NCBI GenBank assembly: GCA_045636445.1
Contig: JAZTXO010000124.1
Coordinates: forward strand, 15,941 to 79,940
Direction of reading: 5' to 3'
Length of the DNA: 64,000 bases
Origin: Eubacteriales bacterium
GTDB lineage: Bacteria > Bacillota > Clostridia > Oscillospirales > CAG-272
In this document: piece after piece, positions 37,585 to 45,917 of the stretch
Layout: each line of letters starts with the position of its first letter
Numbering within the stretch: the first letter of the stretch is position 1
The notes under the pieces: model-generated
The model's input: the letters and a program-made list of their open reading frames with translations, nothing else
What the model was told of the DNA's origin: nothing
The model's database searches: none
Program-made: the position numbers and the translations under genes

Positions 37585-38459
37585 TTTCCTAAAATATCCG
37601 AAAGGTTTGCCATAATTCTCTCGGCAATCTCGGGTTTGTTCATTGTATAAAGATGCACGTGGGTTATTCCGTTAGCGTAAAGGTCGATTATCTGGTCGGT
37701 AGCGTAGGCAACTCCCGCCTGCATCATAGCCTTATCGTCCCTGCCGAATTTGTCAACAAGGTTCTTAAATCTTTCGGGCATAAAAGAGCCTGAAAGAGTG
37801 ATAGCTCTTTCAACCTGCCTGCCGCTTGTAATAGGCATAATTCCCGGAATTACCGGCACGGTTATGCCAAATTCACGGATTTTGTAAAGAAAACTATACA
37901 AAATGTTGTTATCGAAGAACATTTGCGTGGTCAAAAAGTCGCAGCCTGCATCAACCTTTTCTTTAAGGAATTTTATATCATTGCGTCTGTCGGTGCTTTC
38001 GGGATGTATCTCGGGGTAACAAGCTCCGCCGATACAAAAATCATATCCCGACTCTTTAAGCTCACGGACAAGCTCTACTGCGTTTCTGTAATCCCAAAGG
38101 CTTCTGTCCTCGTTTTCCCTATCCTTTGGAATATCGCCTCTCAAAGCCATTACGTTCTGTATTCCCGCAGAGGAAATGTCCTTTATTCTTTCTCTTACGG
38201 TTTCCTTTGTTGAAGAAACGCAGGTAAGGTGAGCAATGCTCGGCACTCCGTAGCGTTCCTTTATGTTCTTTGCAATATCGAGAGTATATTTACTTGTTCC
38301 TCCGCCTGCTCCGTATGTAACGCTCATAAACGAGGGGCGAAGAGCTGCAATTTTCTCGGTCGCTTCCTTTACGCTGTCGTAGCTCGACTCGCTTTTTGGG
38401 GGAAAGACCTCAAAGGATATTGAAAGCCTCTCGTCCTTAAGAAGACTTGAAATTTTCAT
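37581..38459 (-). CDS. metF: Methylenetetrahydrofolate reductase
   Basis: SFEVFPPK ... SVTYGAGGGT ... HLTC ... LRGD are classic MetF motifs. Confidence 0.9.
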   Translation of the reverse strand: MKISSLLKDERLSISFEVFPPKSESSYDSVKEATEKIAALRPSFMSVTYGAGGGTSKYTLDIAKNIKERYGVPSIAHLTCVSSTKETVRERIKDISSAGIQNVMALRGDIPKDRENEDRSLWDYRNAVELVRELKESGYDFCIGGACYPEIHPESTDRRNDIKFLKEKVDAGCDFLTTQMFFDNNILYSFLYKIREFGITVPVIPGIMPITSGRQVERAITLSGSFMPERFKNLVDKFGRDDKAMMQAGVAYATDQIIDLYANGITHVHLYTMNKPEIAERIMANLSDILGK

Positions 38460-38525
38460 ATATTGACTCTTCCTTTCTTTTAAAGGTGAAAATTTCGGTT
38501 TCCCGAAAGCTTTTTGACTCTTTTT

Positions 38526-38945
38526 CTATATCAAAATGAACGCGAGCAGCACCAAAGCGAGTACAAAAGCCGCAGCCGAAACAAGAACGAGCGTTCTCTT
38601 AAATGCTCTTTTGGTGGCTCTGTCCGACGCTCTTTTAAGGTAAATCGAAAGGGGGTCTTTGCCCTTCATTGCAGTTTTTTTAAAGGATTTTACCCAGAGA
38701 ATATCATCTTTTGTAATGTTGTTAATATCCTTAAGAGCTCCGGGCTCGTGAGCTATGCGATTTCTTATGGCTCTGTACTTCGTAAGTCTGTGAAGAGCGT
38801 TATCCCTTCCCGGGGCGTACTTTGCCGCTGTAAGCTTGTTTATATACTCGGTAACGCCCGTCTTTGTGTCGAGTTTTCCGCACAACGCTTTATCAAGCTC
38901 AAGATATTCTCCTAAAAATTTCTGATTGATTCTGTTGTAATTCAT
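38526..38945 (-). CDS. Hypothetical protein with a C-terminal TM anchor
   Basis: 139 aa with the C-terminal LVLVSAAAFVLALVLLAFILI. I recognise no family. Confidence 0.55.
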   Translation of the reverse strand: MNYNRINQKFLGEYLELDKALCGKLDTKTGVTEYINKLTAAKYAPGRDNALHRLTKYRAIRNRIAHEPGALKDINNITKDDILWVKSFKKTAMKGKDPLSIYLKRASDRATKRAFKRTLVLVSAAAFVLALVLLAFILI

Positions 38946-38967
38946 TTTTCTCTCCGTTTCGGAAAAT

Positions 38968-41900
38968 TTAACTTTGTAGCTCGTCCCGGTCTATAAGGAT
39001 AAGCTCTCCTAAATGAAGCGAATATATACCGACCTTGTCGGGCGCTTTGCCAAACATTTTTTCCACCGCAAGGGAATAGTAGGAAAGCTGGGTCTTATGC
39101 TTCTTTCGAAGGGTTTGTCTGCCCTTTTCTCTGTCGGAAAGCTCTTCCTTTGAAAGTCGGTCGGTTTTATAGTCGTAAAGACCGATAGTACCGTCAGAGC
39201 CTACGATTATACAGTCGATTACACCCTGCACCAAAATTTCCCTGCCCGAGTAAGCCGAAATCAGCTCTTCGTCGGTGGTAAAATATTTTGCGGGAAGCCT
39301 TGTATTAAAGCGAAGCTCACGGTGAAGTCTCTGCGCTGCGAGCATTTCGGAAAACAGCTGTGAATTCCTAAACATTTCAAGCTCTTCAAGCCTTACTCTC
39401 TCTGCGTCTGTCGGTGAAATATATCCTTCCGAAACAAGCCTTGAAAGCTCCTTTTTCGCACCGTCTCGCAAGAATTTATCAAGGTCGCAGAACTGCATAA
39501 AGTAGTGAGTTGCGACACCTCGTCTTGCGCTTTCCTCAATGCGAGAGCCGCTTATAAATTTGGGAAGATAGGTTCGGTCTGTATCTGCCTTCTCTTCCGT
39601 CATATCAATAACGCCCTCGGTCGCATAGTCGAGAACTGTCGGAGAAGTTTTGGAGACCGACATCTTTTCGGGAAGCCTTGTAAGAGCCTTATTCGGATAC
39701 TCAAACTTAAATCTTTCCGAAAGCTCCATTGAAAGCTCCTTTATGTCCTCGCTCTTCTCCCCGTCGCTTTCCCCGCAGGATACGCCAAGGTCAAAATGTA
39801 ACTTTTCGTTTACAAAATCTTCGGGGAAAATCGGCTTTTTGCCGGTTGTTACAAGGATAATTTCCAGGTATGACCGAAGCTTTCTCATACTGTAAGGCGA
39901 AAGGGTCTCACGAAGATAATCAATCTCCTCAAGATAACCGTCGGTGTCTTTTTTGGGAGAAGTTCCTACGACAAAAAGTCTCTCTCTGGCTCTTGTCAAG
40001 GCAACGTAAAGCACACGAAGCTCCTCTTCGGTATATTTTTCGAAGTTGTAGCGGTTTATCAAATCGAAAATAGGGTTATTCACCACCGAAAGTCCCGACG
40101 GAGTGCGAAGTCGCATAGCGATTCCCATTTCCGCGCTGAAGGCAAGTCGGTTTTTGGAGTCCTTGTTAGTAAACGGAGCGCCTGCGTTTACCATAAATAC
40201 TATGGGGTATTCAAGTCCCTTTGATGCGTGGCAGGTAACGATACGAACTGCCGCCTCCTCCGACGACTCTCTTGCATCGTCAAAGGTCGTACGCTTATCT
40301 ATAAGGCTGTTTATAAAATGAATAAAGTTATAAAGTCCTTTAAACTCTCCGCCCTCAAAGTCACGGGAATAGTCGTAAAGAATCATAAGATTTTCTTTTC
40401 CGCCGCTCTCGGACGCCAAAGCAAGAAGTCCGGTTTCGTGATACAAGCGGAAGAGAAGCTCGTCGCAGCCGAGTCCCTCGGAAATGGCTCTGTATCTGTG
40501 AAGCTCGGAAAGGAATTTTTCGCCCTTTGAAAATTCGGGGTGATTTTTATTATAGGCTACGAGAGCATCGAAAAGGCAGGACTCCTTGTCCTCTTTTCTT
40601 ATGAGACAAAGCTCCTCGGGAGTGAAGCCGTAAAGGGGTGAACACATAAGTCCCGCAAGGTAAATATCTCTTCTCGGATTGTCAACCGAATTAAGAAGGC
40701 AAAGAGCCAAAAGCACCTCGGAAGAGAGGAAAAAGCTTTTCGCGCCCGAAATTTTTACCGGCACACCGACTCTTTCAAGAGCCTCGGCATATTTATGGTC
40801 TTTACCCTTTGCATTTCTTAAAATTATGGCAATATCCGAGGGAGCAACCGCCCTTCCGTCGGCAAGTCTGCCGTTTTCCAAAAGCTCCTTTATCTTTGTT
40901 GCTACAACAAGGGGAGCTTTTTCGTTATCCGTACCCTCTTCGTCAAATTCCTCGTCGTCGCTCTTTTTATCCAGCATACAGATTTCGGGAGAGTGATATT
41001 CAGGCTCTAAATCGTAAACCTTCGAATAGACAAGTCGGTCTTCATCAACATAACCTATGGACTCGCCCACAAGAGAAAACGCCTTGTCGAAAACAGAATT
41101 GACAAAGTCAACAACACCCTTGTCGCACCTGAAATTATCCGACATAAAAACAGCCGACTCTTCCCCCGCCTTTGCTTCCGAAAGAGGAGCAAAGCTACGC
41201 TTCATATCCGCAAAAATCTGCGGTCTTGCGTGGCGGAAGCCGTAAATACTCTGCTTTATATCGCCAACCATAAATCGGTTATCCTTACGGGAAATAGCCT
41301 CGAAAACGCTGTTTTGCAGGGCGTTTACGTCCTGATACTCGTCAATATATATTGCGTCAAAGGAACGCATAAGGTTTTCGGCAACCTCTGTGCGTTTTCC
41401 GTCCCGGACAAGACAGCGGTAGGCAAATCTTTCAACGTCAGAGTAGGAAAGCGCCCCTCTGCGAAGCTTCTCTTTTACGAAAAGGCTGTCAAAACGCTGA
41501 AGAAATCTGTAAAGAAGTCCGCATTTTTCGTAAAGGTCGGAAAGGAGCTTTTCCCAAGCCTCCTTTGTGTAAACAAACAACGGACGAAGCTTTTTTGCAA
41601 CGTCATTCTTTAAGTCGTTACGCAGGGTGCAGTAAAGCTGCATAGAATAATTTGTGTCCTTGGTTATGGAAGGACGGGTTTTAAGGGAGAAGGAGAGGAC
41701 GTTTTCTCTCATACTCTCGTAATCCTCTGCGGAATAAATTTTATCCATTACCGCAAGGTCGCATTCGGCGCATTCCGAAAGCTTTGCGGCGGTTTCGCTG
41801 CCGCCGAAGGTAGGCAAAAGCTCCTTTGCAACGTCTATATAGTGCTTTAGCATCTTCCTTGCAACGTTTATAAGGTATGCATTATGAGGAGTTTTTTCCA

Positions 41901-42540
41901 AAGAGGTGTAGTTTTCCTTATTGTAAAGCTCCCCAAGACGCTTCACAAGCAAAATTCCGTCCTCGGCGCTTTCGCACTTTTCGTAAATCAGCCTGAAAAC
42001 CTCGGAAAGCTCGTCGGCTCTTTTGGAATCGGTAAGGCAGTCGGCAAGGGCTTCAAATTCCTCCGGGGTTGCAATTTCAGGCTCTTCGCCCGAATATACC
42101 GCCTCAATAAGTCCCCCAAGAATAGATTCGGCAATAAGATGGCACTCGGCAACGTCGGCAATTCTGTAATTAAAGGGCACTCCCACTCTGTCGGCATTGG
42201 CTCGGAGAATATCTCCGAGGAAGGAGTCTATTGTTCGTATTTTTGCCTGGGGCAGCATAAAGAGCTGACGCTCAAGTCTGTGATTTTCCGGGTTTTGGCT
42301 TACCGCCTTTTCAAGAGCTGCGGATATTTTAGCCCGAAGCTCGTTTGCCGCCGCATTGGTAAAGGTTACAACAAGAAGATTTTCAACCGAAACCCTATTA
42401 TTTTCGTCCATAAGCGACTGAATTATTCGTTCGGTAAGAGTAGCGGTTTTTCCCGAGCCGGCAGCTGCCGACACAAGCAGAGTTCTGTCTCGTGTTTCAA
42501 TTGCCGTTCTTTGCTTTTCTGTCCATTTTCTTTCTGCCAT
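38968..42540 (-). CDS. addA: ATP-dependent helicase/nuclease subunit A (AddA)
   Basis: 1190 aa. UvrD-type motifs (AAAGSGKT, DEYQD) and a C-terminal PD-(D/E)xK nuclease (GVIDCIIV...LYDYKTD) are present. Confidence 0.85.
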   Translation of the reverse strand: MAERKWTEKQRTAIETRDRTLLVSAAAGSGKTATLTERIIQSLMDENNRVSVENLLVVTFTNAAANELRAKISAALEKAVSQNPENHRLERQLFMLPQAKIRTIDSFLGDILRANADRVGVPFNYRIADVAECHLIAESILGGLIEAVYSGEEPEIATPEEFEALADCLTDSKRADELSEVFRLIYEKCESAEDGILLVKRLGELYNKENYTSLEKTPHNAYLINVARKMLKHYIDVAKELLPTFGGSETAAKLSECAECDLAVMDKIYSAEDYESMRENVLSFSLKTRPSITKDTNYSMQLYCTLRNDLKNDVAKKLRPLFVYTKEAWEKLLSDLYEKCGLLYRFLQRFDSLFVKEKLRRGALSYSDVERFAYRCLVRDGKRTEVAENLMRSFDAIYIDEYQDVNALQNSVFEAISRKDNRFMVGDIKQSIYGFRHARPQIFADMKRSFAPLSEAKAGEESAVFMSDNFRCDKGVVDFVNSVFDKAFSLVGESIGYVDEDRLVYSKVYDLEPEYHSPEICMLDKKSDDEEFDEEGTDNEKAPLVVATKIKELLENGRLADGRAVAPSDIAIILRNAKGKDHKYAEALERVGVPVKISGAKSFFLSSEVLLALCLLNSVDNPRRDIYLAGLMCSPLYGFTPEELCLIRKEDKESCLFDALVAYNKNHPEFSKGEKFLSELHRYRAISEGLGCDELLFRLYHETGLLALASESGGKENLMILYDYSRDFEGGEFKGLYNFIHFINSLIDKRTTFDDARESSEEAAVRIVTCHASKGLEYPIVFMVNAGAPFTNKDSKNRLAFSAEMGIAMRLRTPSGLSVVNNPIFDLINRYNFEKYTEEELRVLYVALTRARERLFVVGTSPKKDTDGYLEEIDYLRETLSPYSMRKLRSYLEIILVTTGKKPIFPEDFVNEKLHFDLGVSCGESDGEKSEDIKELSMELSERFKFEYPNKALTRLPEKMSVSKTSPTVLDYATEGVIDMTEEKADTDRTYLPKFISGSRIEESARRGVATHYFMQFCDLDKFLRDGAKKELSRLVSEGYISPTDAERVRLEELEMFRNSQLFSEMLAAQRLHRELRFNTRLPAKYFTTDEELISAYSGREILVQGVIDCIIVGSDGTIGLYDYKTDRLSKEELSDREKGRQTLRKKHKTQLSYYSLAVEKMFGKAPDKVGIYSLHLGELILIDRDELQS

Positions 42541-42625
42541 TTTCCGCCCTCCTTATGTTTTATAAATATTTTAACATAAAAAAACCGTCATTTCAATAGA
42601 AATATTGCTTATCTTGGATTTTCTC

Positions 42626-42654
42626 TTGAACTTGACTTCAACTTGTGCTAAAAT
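42626..42654 (+). promoter_or_regulatory. Sigma-A promoter for dusB
   Basis: TTGAAC, 17 nt, then TGCTAAAAT. Confidence 0.55.
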
Positions 42655-42676
42655 AGATAAAAAAAGGAGGTGCAAT

Positions 42677-43657
42677 ATGGGCTTTAATATCGGAGAGCTT
42701 CGGCTCAACAAGGGTGTTATGCTCGCCCCTATGGCGGGATATACCGACAGAGCTATGCGACTTGTCTGCCGAGAGTGGGGCTGCGAATATTCGGTAACCG
42801 AAATGGTCAGCGCAAAAGCGGTTGTCTTTAACGACAAAAAAACCTTCTCTTTAGCAAAAATCCTGCCTGACGAAGGCCCTGTTGCAATACAGATATTCGG
42901 CTCAGAGCCTGAAATTATGGCAGAGGCGGCGTCAAGGCTTGAAAAGCCCCAAGAGGGTGCGTTGCCGGTGGCAATCGACATAAATATGGGCTGTCCGGTT
43001 CATAAGATTTTCTCTAACGGCGAAGGCTCTGCTCTTATGAAATCCCCGGAGCTTATTGAAAAAATCGTAAAGGCGGTAAAGGAAGCCGTATCAATTCCCG
43101 TAACCGTAAAATTAAGGTCGGGAATCGACCAAAAAAGCATAAATGCCGAAGAATGCGCCCTTGCCGCAGAGGAAGCGGGAGCTTCGATGATTTGCCTACA
43201 CGGAAGAACGAGAGTTCAGATGTACGGTGGCTTTGCAGACCGTGAAATCATTAAAAATGTAAAGCAAAGGTTACATATTTCCCTTGTTGCCAACGGAGAC
43301 GTCACTTCCCCGGAGACAGCTCTTGATATGCTTCGCGACACAGGAGCTGACGGAATTGCCATTGGAAGAGGAGCTGTCGGCAACCCGTTTATCTTCTCGG
43401 AGATAATTTCCGCCCTTGAGGGAAACACCTCCCCTGCCGTAACGCTCGAAGAACGGGCGAAAGTTGCCCTTTTCCAGCTTAAGACCGCAATTTTGGACAA
43501 AGGCGAGGCGGTTGCCACCGCAGAAGCAAGAAAGCAGATTGCCCTCTACCTCAAAGGCTTCAGAGGAGCTTCCGCCCTTCGGGCGCGGATAAACACCGCA
43601 ACCCGCTACGAGGAAATAGAGGAAGCCTTTGCCTTGGCTTTGAAAGAAAACCAATAA
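42677..43657 (+). CDS. dusB: tRNA-dihydrouridine synthase
   Basis: The ATG at 42677 follows AAGGAGG. LAPMAGYTD, NMGCP and VTVKLRSG are present. Confidence 0.85.
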   Translation: MGFNIGELRLNKGVMLAPMAGYTDRAMRLVCREWGCEYSVTEMVSAKAVVFNDKKTFSLAKILPDEGPVAIQIFGSEPEIMAEAASRLEKPQEGALPVAIDINMGCPVHKIFSNGEGSALMKSPELIEKIVKAVKEAVSIPVTVKLRSGIDQKSINAEECALAAEEAGASMICLHGRTRVQMYGGFADREIIKNVKQRLHISLVANGDVTSPETALDMLRDTGADGIAIGRGAVGNPFIFSEIISALEGNTSPAVTLEERAKVALFQLKTAILDKGEAVATAEARKQIALYLKGFRGASALRARINTATRYEEIEEAFALALKENQ

Positions 43658-43728
43658 CAAAAGGAATATAAAAAAGAGCACATACGCAAGACTCAAAAAT
43701 CTTGTATATCTGCTCTTTTTGTTTTATC

Positions 43729-45771
43729 TTATTCTCTGCCGATAAGGTTAATGCATCTTATTTTAAGCTGCTTTTTAAGATTTTTCACCGTTTCGGGAAG
43801 CTCGGTAAGGTTAAGTTCGATTTTCACCGGAGCTTTTGTGGTTATGTCAAAATAGTTGTCCGAGAACACCGCAGGCGTGTCGGTAAGGACAAGCTCAACT
43901 GCTCCCGCATAGGCTTCCGCAGAAAGGGTTATGCTGAACCGTCTGTCCGAGCCGGAAATTTCCGCCTTAATCTCGGGATTTTTGTACTCGAATTTCTTGT
44001 GAGAGGAGAAAATCTTCGCTCCTCTGAAGCTAAGTCCTGCCGCATCGGTAAAGATATACTCCAAAACTCTGTTGTTCAAATTACCGCTTACGTACTCGGT
44101 AAAGTCTCTTGTAAAGATTTTTCTTCCGGAGGATTCCTCGATTTCAATATCCTCTGTGTTCTTATAAATAAGATTGCACTCCGAGTCGATTATGCGGTAT
44201 TCAAGCTTACCGAAGGCTGCGGTCTGCTTATTATTGTAAGCAAAGAAGGTGACCTGCGTACCGATAATATCGGCATCTATTGCAATGGGTGCGAAAAATT
44301 CCGCTGCGTAATACTGAGCCGCTTTCCAGCCTGCTTCTATATCAAGGGCGGACTCGGAAATAAGTCTCTGCGAGCTTATGTCCGAAAATACTGCTCTGCC
44401 CCTTTCACCGAATTGACGCCTTCTTGCAAACATTTCTCTTTTGTAGTTTTCCGCCTGGGAAAGTCTTGAAAGATATGCAAAATCCGAAGAATTCGAAGGG
44501 TAAAGATAGCCGTGAGCTACGTTTGCGGCAATCTCCTCGCATCTTGCGCCGCTGTATTTTTCCATAACCGGCGAAAGCACGTTTCTGTCAGCCTTGGGAA
44601 CGAAGCGGTAAAGCAAACTGTCCGAAGGAATCGACGGCTCGCCGAAATAGACCGGAGCGCTGTCCTTAAAGGAAAGGCTCAAAACGGGAGCTGCTTCATT
44701 TAATATTGCCGTAATCTCGCTCTTTTTGTCGCTCATACCAACAAGCTCAACCATAGCAAACGAGGGGTGGTGAGCTAAAGCCGCAATGCTCGATAAAACA
44801 GACTCGTCAAAACGCTCCGTCTCGAAAATCACGCTTATGCCGTGTACGTCGCAAAGGTCGAAGAAGCTGTTTGCGGGCAGGCTGTTCTTCACAACGAAGC
44901 AGTTAAATCCTGCCATAGCCGCAGAGGTCACGTATGCCGCAGTGCGACGGCGTACGTCGTTGGGAAGATAAACTCTTTCGGGAATATATACAGAGCCCAT
45001 AGGCAAGAACACTTGCCCGTTTACCACAAGCTTTTCTCTGTCGTCAAAGGAAGCCGCAGTACAAAGACCGACACGCATTTCTACGGTGTCCTCTACCTCG
45101 AGGTCGCCGTAAAGATTTACTGCCAGCTTATAAACGTTTTGAACTCCGAGTCCCTTGGGCCACCAAAGAAGCGGGTCTTTTACGGTTATCTCGGCAACAC
45201 CGTTGGTAAAGCCGCCGTAATAAATATGTCCCGAGCCTGAAATGAGGGTTGCAACGCCTCGGCTGTTTTCGTTGTTTCCAACGGTGAAAAGCTCCACTTT
45301 CACGGTAACAAAATCGCCGATTTCCACTTCTTTAAGCTTTACTGTATCGATTATTGCATTGTCAAAACGCAAAATTTGTATAGGAGAGTGAATTCCATAG
45401 TCGCCCTCGGGCTTCGAGAAAATAAAGGAAAGCTTGTTCTCGCCCATACGAATATTATTTCCAAGGTCAACAAGATAGCTATCCCTCTCACCGTTGAGCA
45501 AGGTTATGCAGCTTCCGTTAAGCTCCACCGAGCAAGGCCCTACAACACCGCGGAGTCTGAGATATGAATATTTTGACTCGGAAATTTCCTCAACGACAAA
45601 AGAGCAGGAAAGCTTCATTTCCTGAAGAGAAATCTCTTCGAAATCAAAGCACCTTCTTTCTGCCATTCCAAGCTCCGAGAGCACAGAATAAAGTGTTTCG
45701 GGCAGCGTTACCGCATAGCCTTCAACTCCGTCGCACTCAAAGAGCATATCCTTTATCTCGCGTCTTATCAT
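43729..45771 (-). CDS. GH2 beta-mannosidase-like protein with degenerate catalytic motifs
   Basis: The ATG at 45771 follows AAGGAG. Its layout is collinear with beta-mannosidases (FFDLCDVHGISV, AHHPSF, C-terminal FSDNYFDI). The expected NE acid/base and WQLND positions are substituted. Confidence 0.45.
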   Translation of the reverse strand: MIRREIKDMLFECDGVEGYAVTLPETLYSVLSELGMAERRCFDFEEISLQEMKLSCSFVVEEISESKYSYLRLRGVVGPCSVELNGSCITLLNGERDSYLVDLGNNIRMGENKLSFIFSKPEGDYGIHSPIQILRFDNAIIDTVKLKEVEIGDFVTVKVELFTVGNNENSRGVATLISGSGHIYYGGFTNGVAEITVKDPLLWWPKGLGVQNVYKLAVNLYGDLEVEDTVEMRVGLCTAASFDDREKLVVNGQVFLPMGSVYIPERVYLPNDVRRRTAAYVTSAAMAGFNCFVVKNSLPANSFFDLCDVHGISVIFETERFDESVLSSIAALAHHPSFAMVELVGMSDKKSEITAILNEAAPVLSLSFKDSAPVYFGEPSIPSDSLLYRFVPKADRNVLSPVMEKYSGARCEEIAANVAHGYLYPSNSSDFAYLSRLSQAENYKREMFARRRQFGERGRAVFSDISSQRLISESALDIEAGWKAAQYYAAEFFAPIAIDADIIGTQVTFFAYNNKQTAAFGKLEYRIIDSECNLIYKNTEDIEIEESSGRKIFTRDFTEYVSGNLNNRVLEYIFTDAAGLSFRGAKIFSSHKKFEYKNPEIKAEISGSDRRFSITLSAEAYAGAVELVLTDTPAVFSDNYFDITTKAPVKIELNLTELPETVKNLKKQLKIRCINLIGRE

Positions 45772-45854
45772 AAAACTCTCCTTTAGCTCCGAGTCGGAGC
45801 AAAATCTCTGTTTATTACAGTATACCACAGTTTTTTAGGAATTTCAACTTTTAA

Positions 45855-45897
45855 AATAAAAAAAGGAGAGCCAAGTCTAAAAAAACCGACTCTCCCG
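45855..45897 (-). terminator. Terminator after the P-type ATPase gene
   Basis: The stem GGGAGAGTCGG / CTTGGCTCTCC is followed by a U-run on the minus strand. Confidence 0.55.
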
Positions 45898-45917
45898 AAA
45901 ATAATGTAAATATTTGT

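Noticed and set aside
43702-44469. 255-aa plus-strand ORF
   Set aside because: It is antisense to the GH2-like gene and begins inside the dusB terminator.
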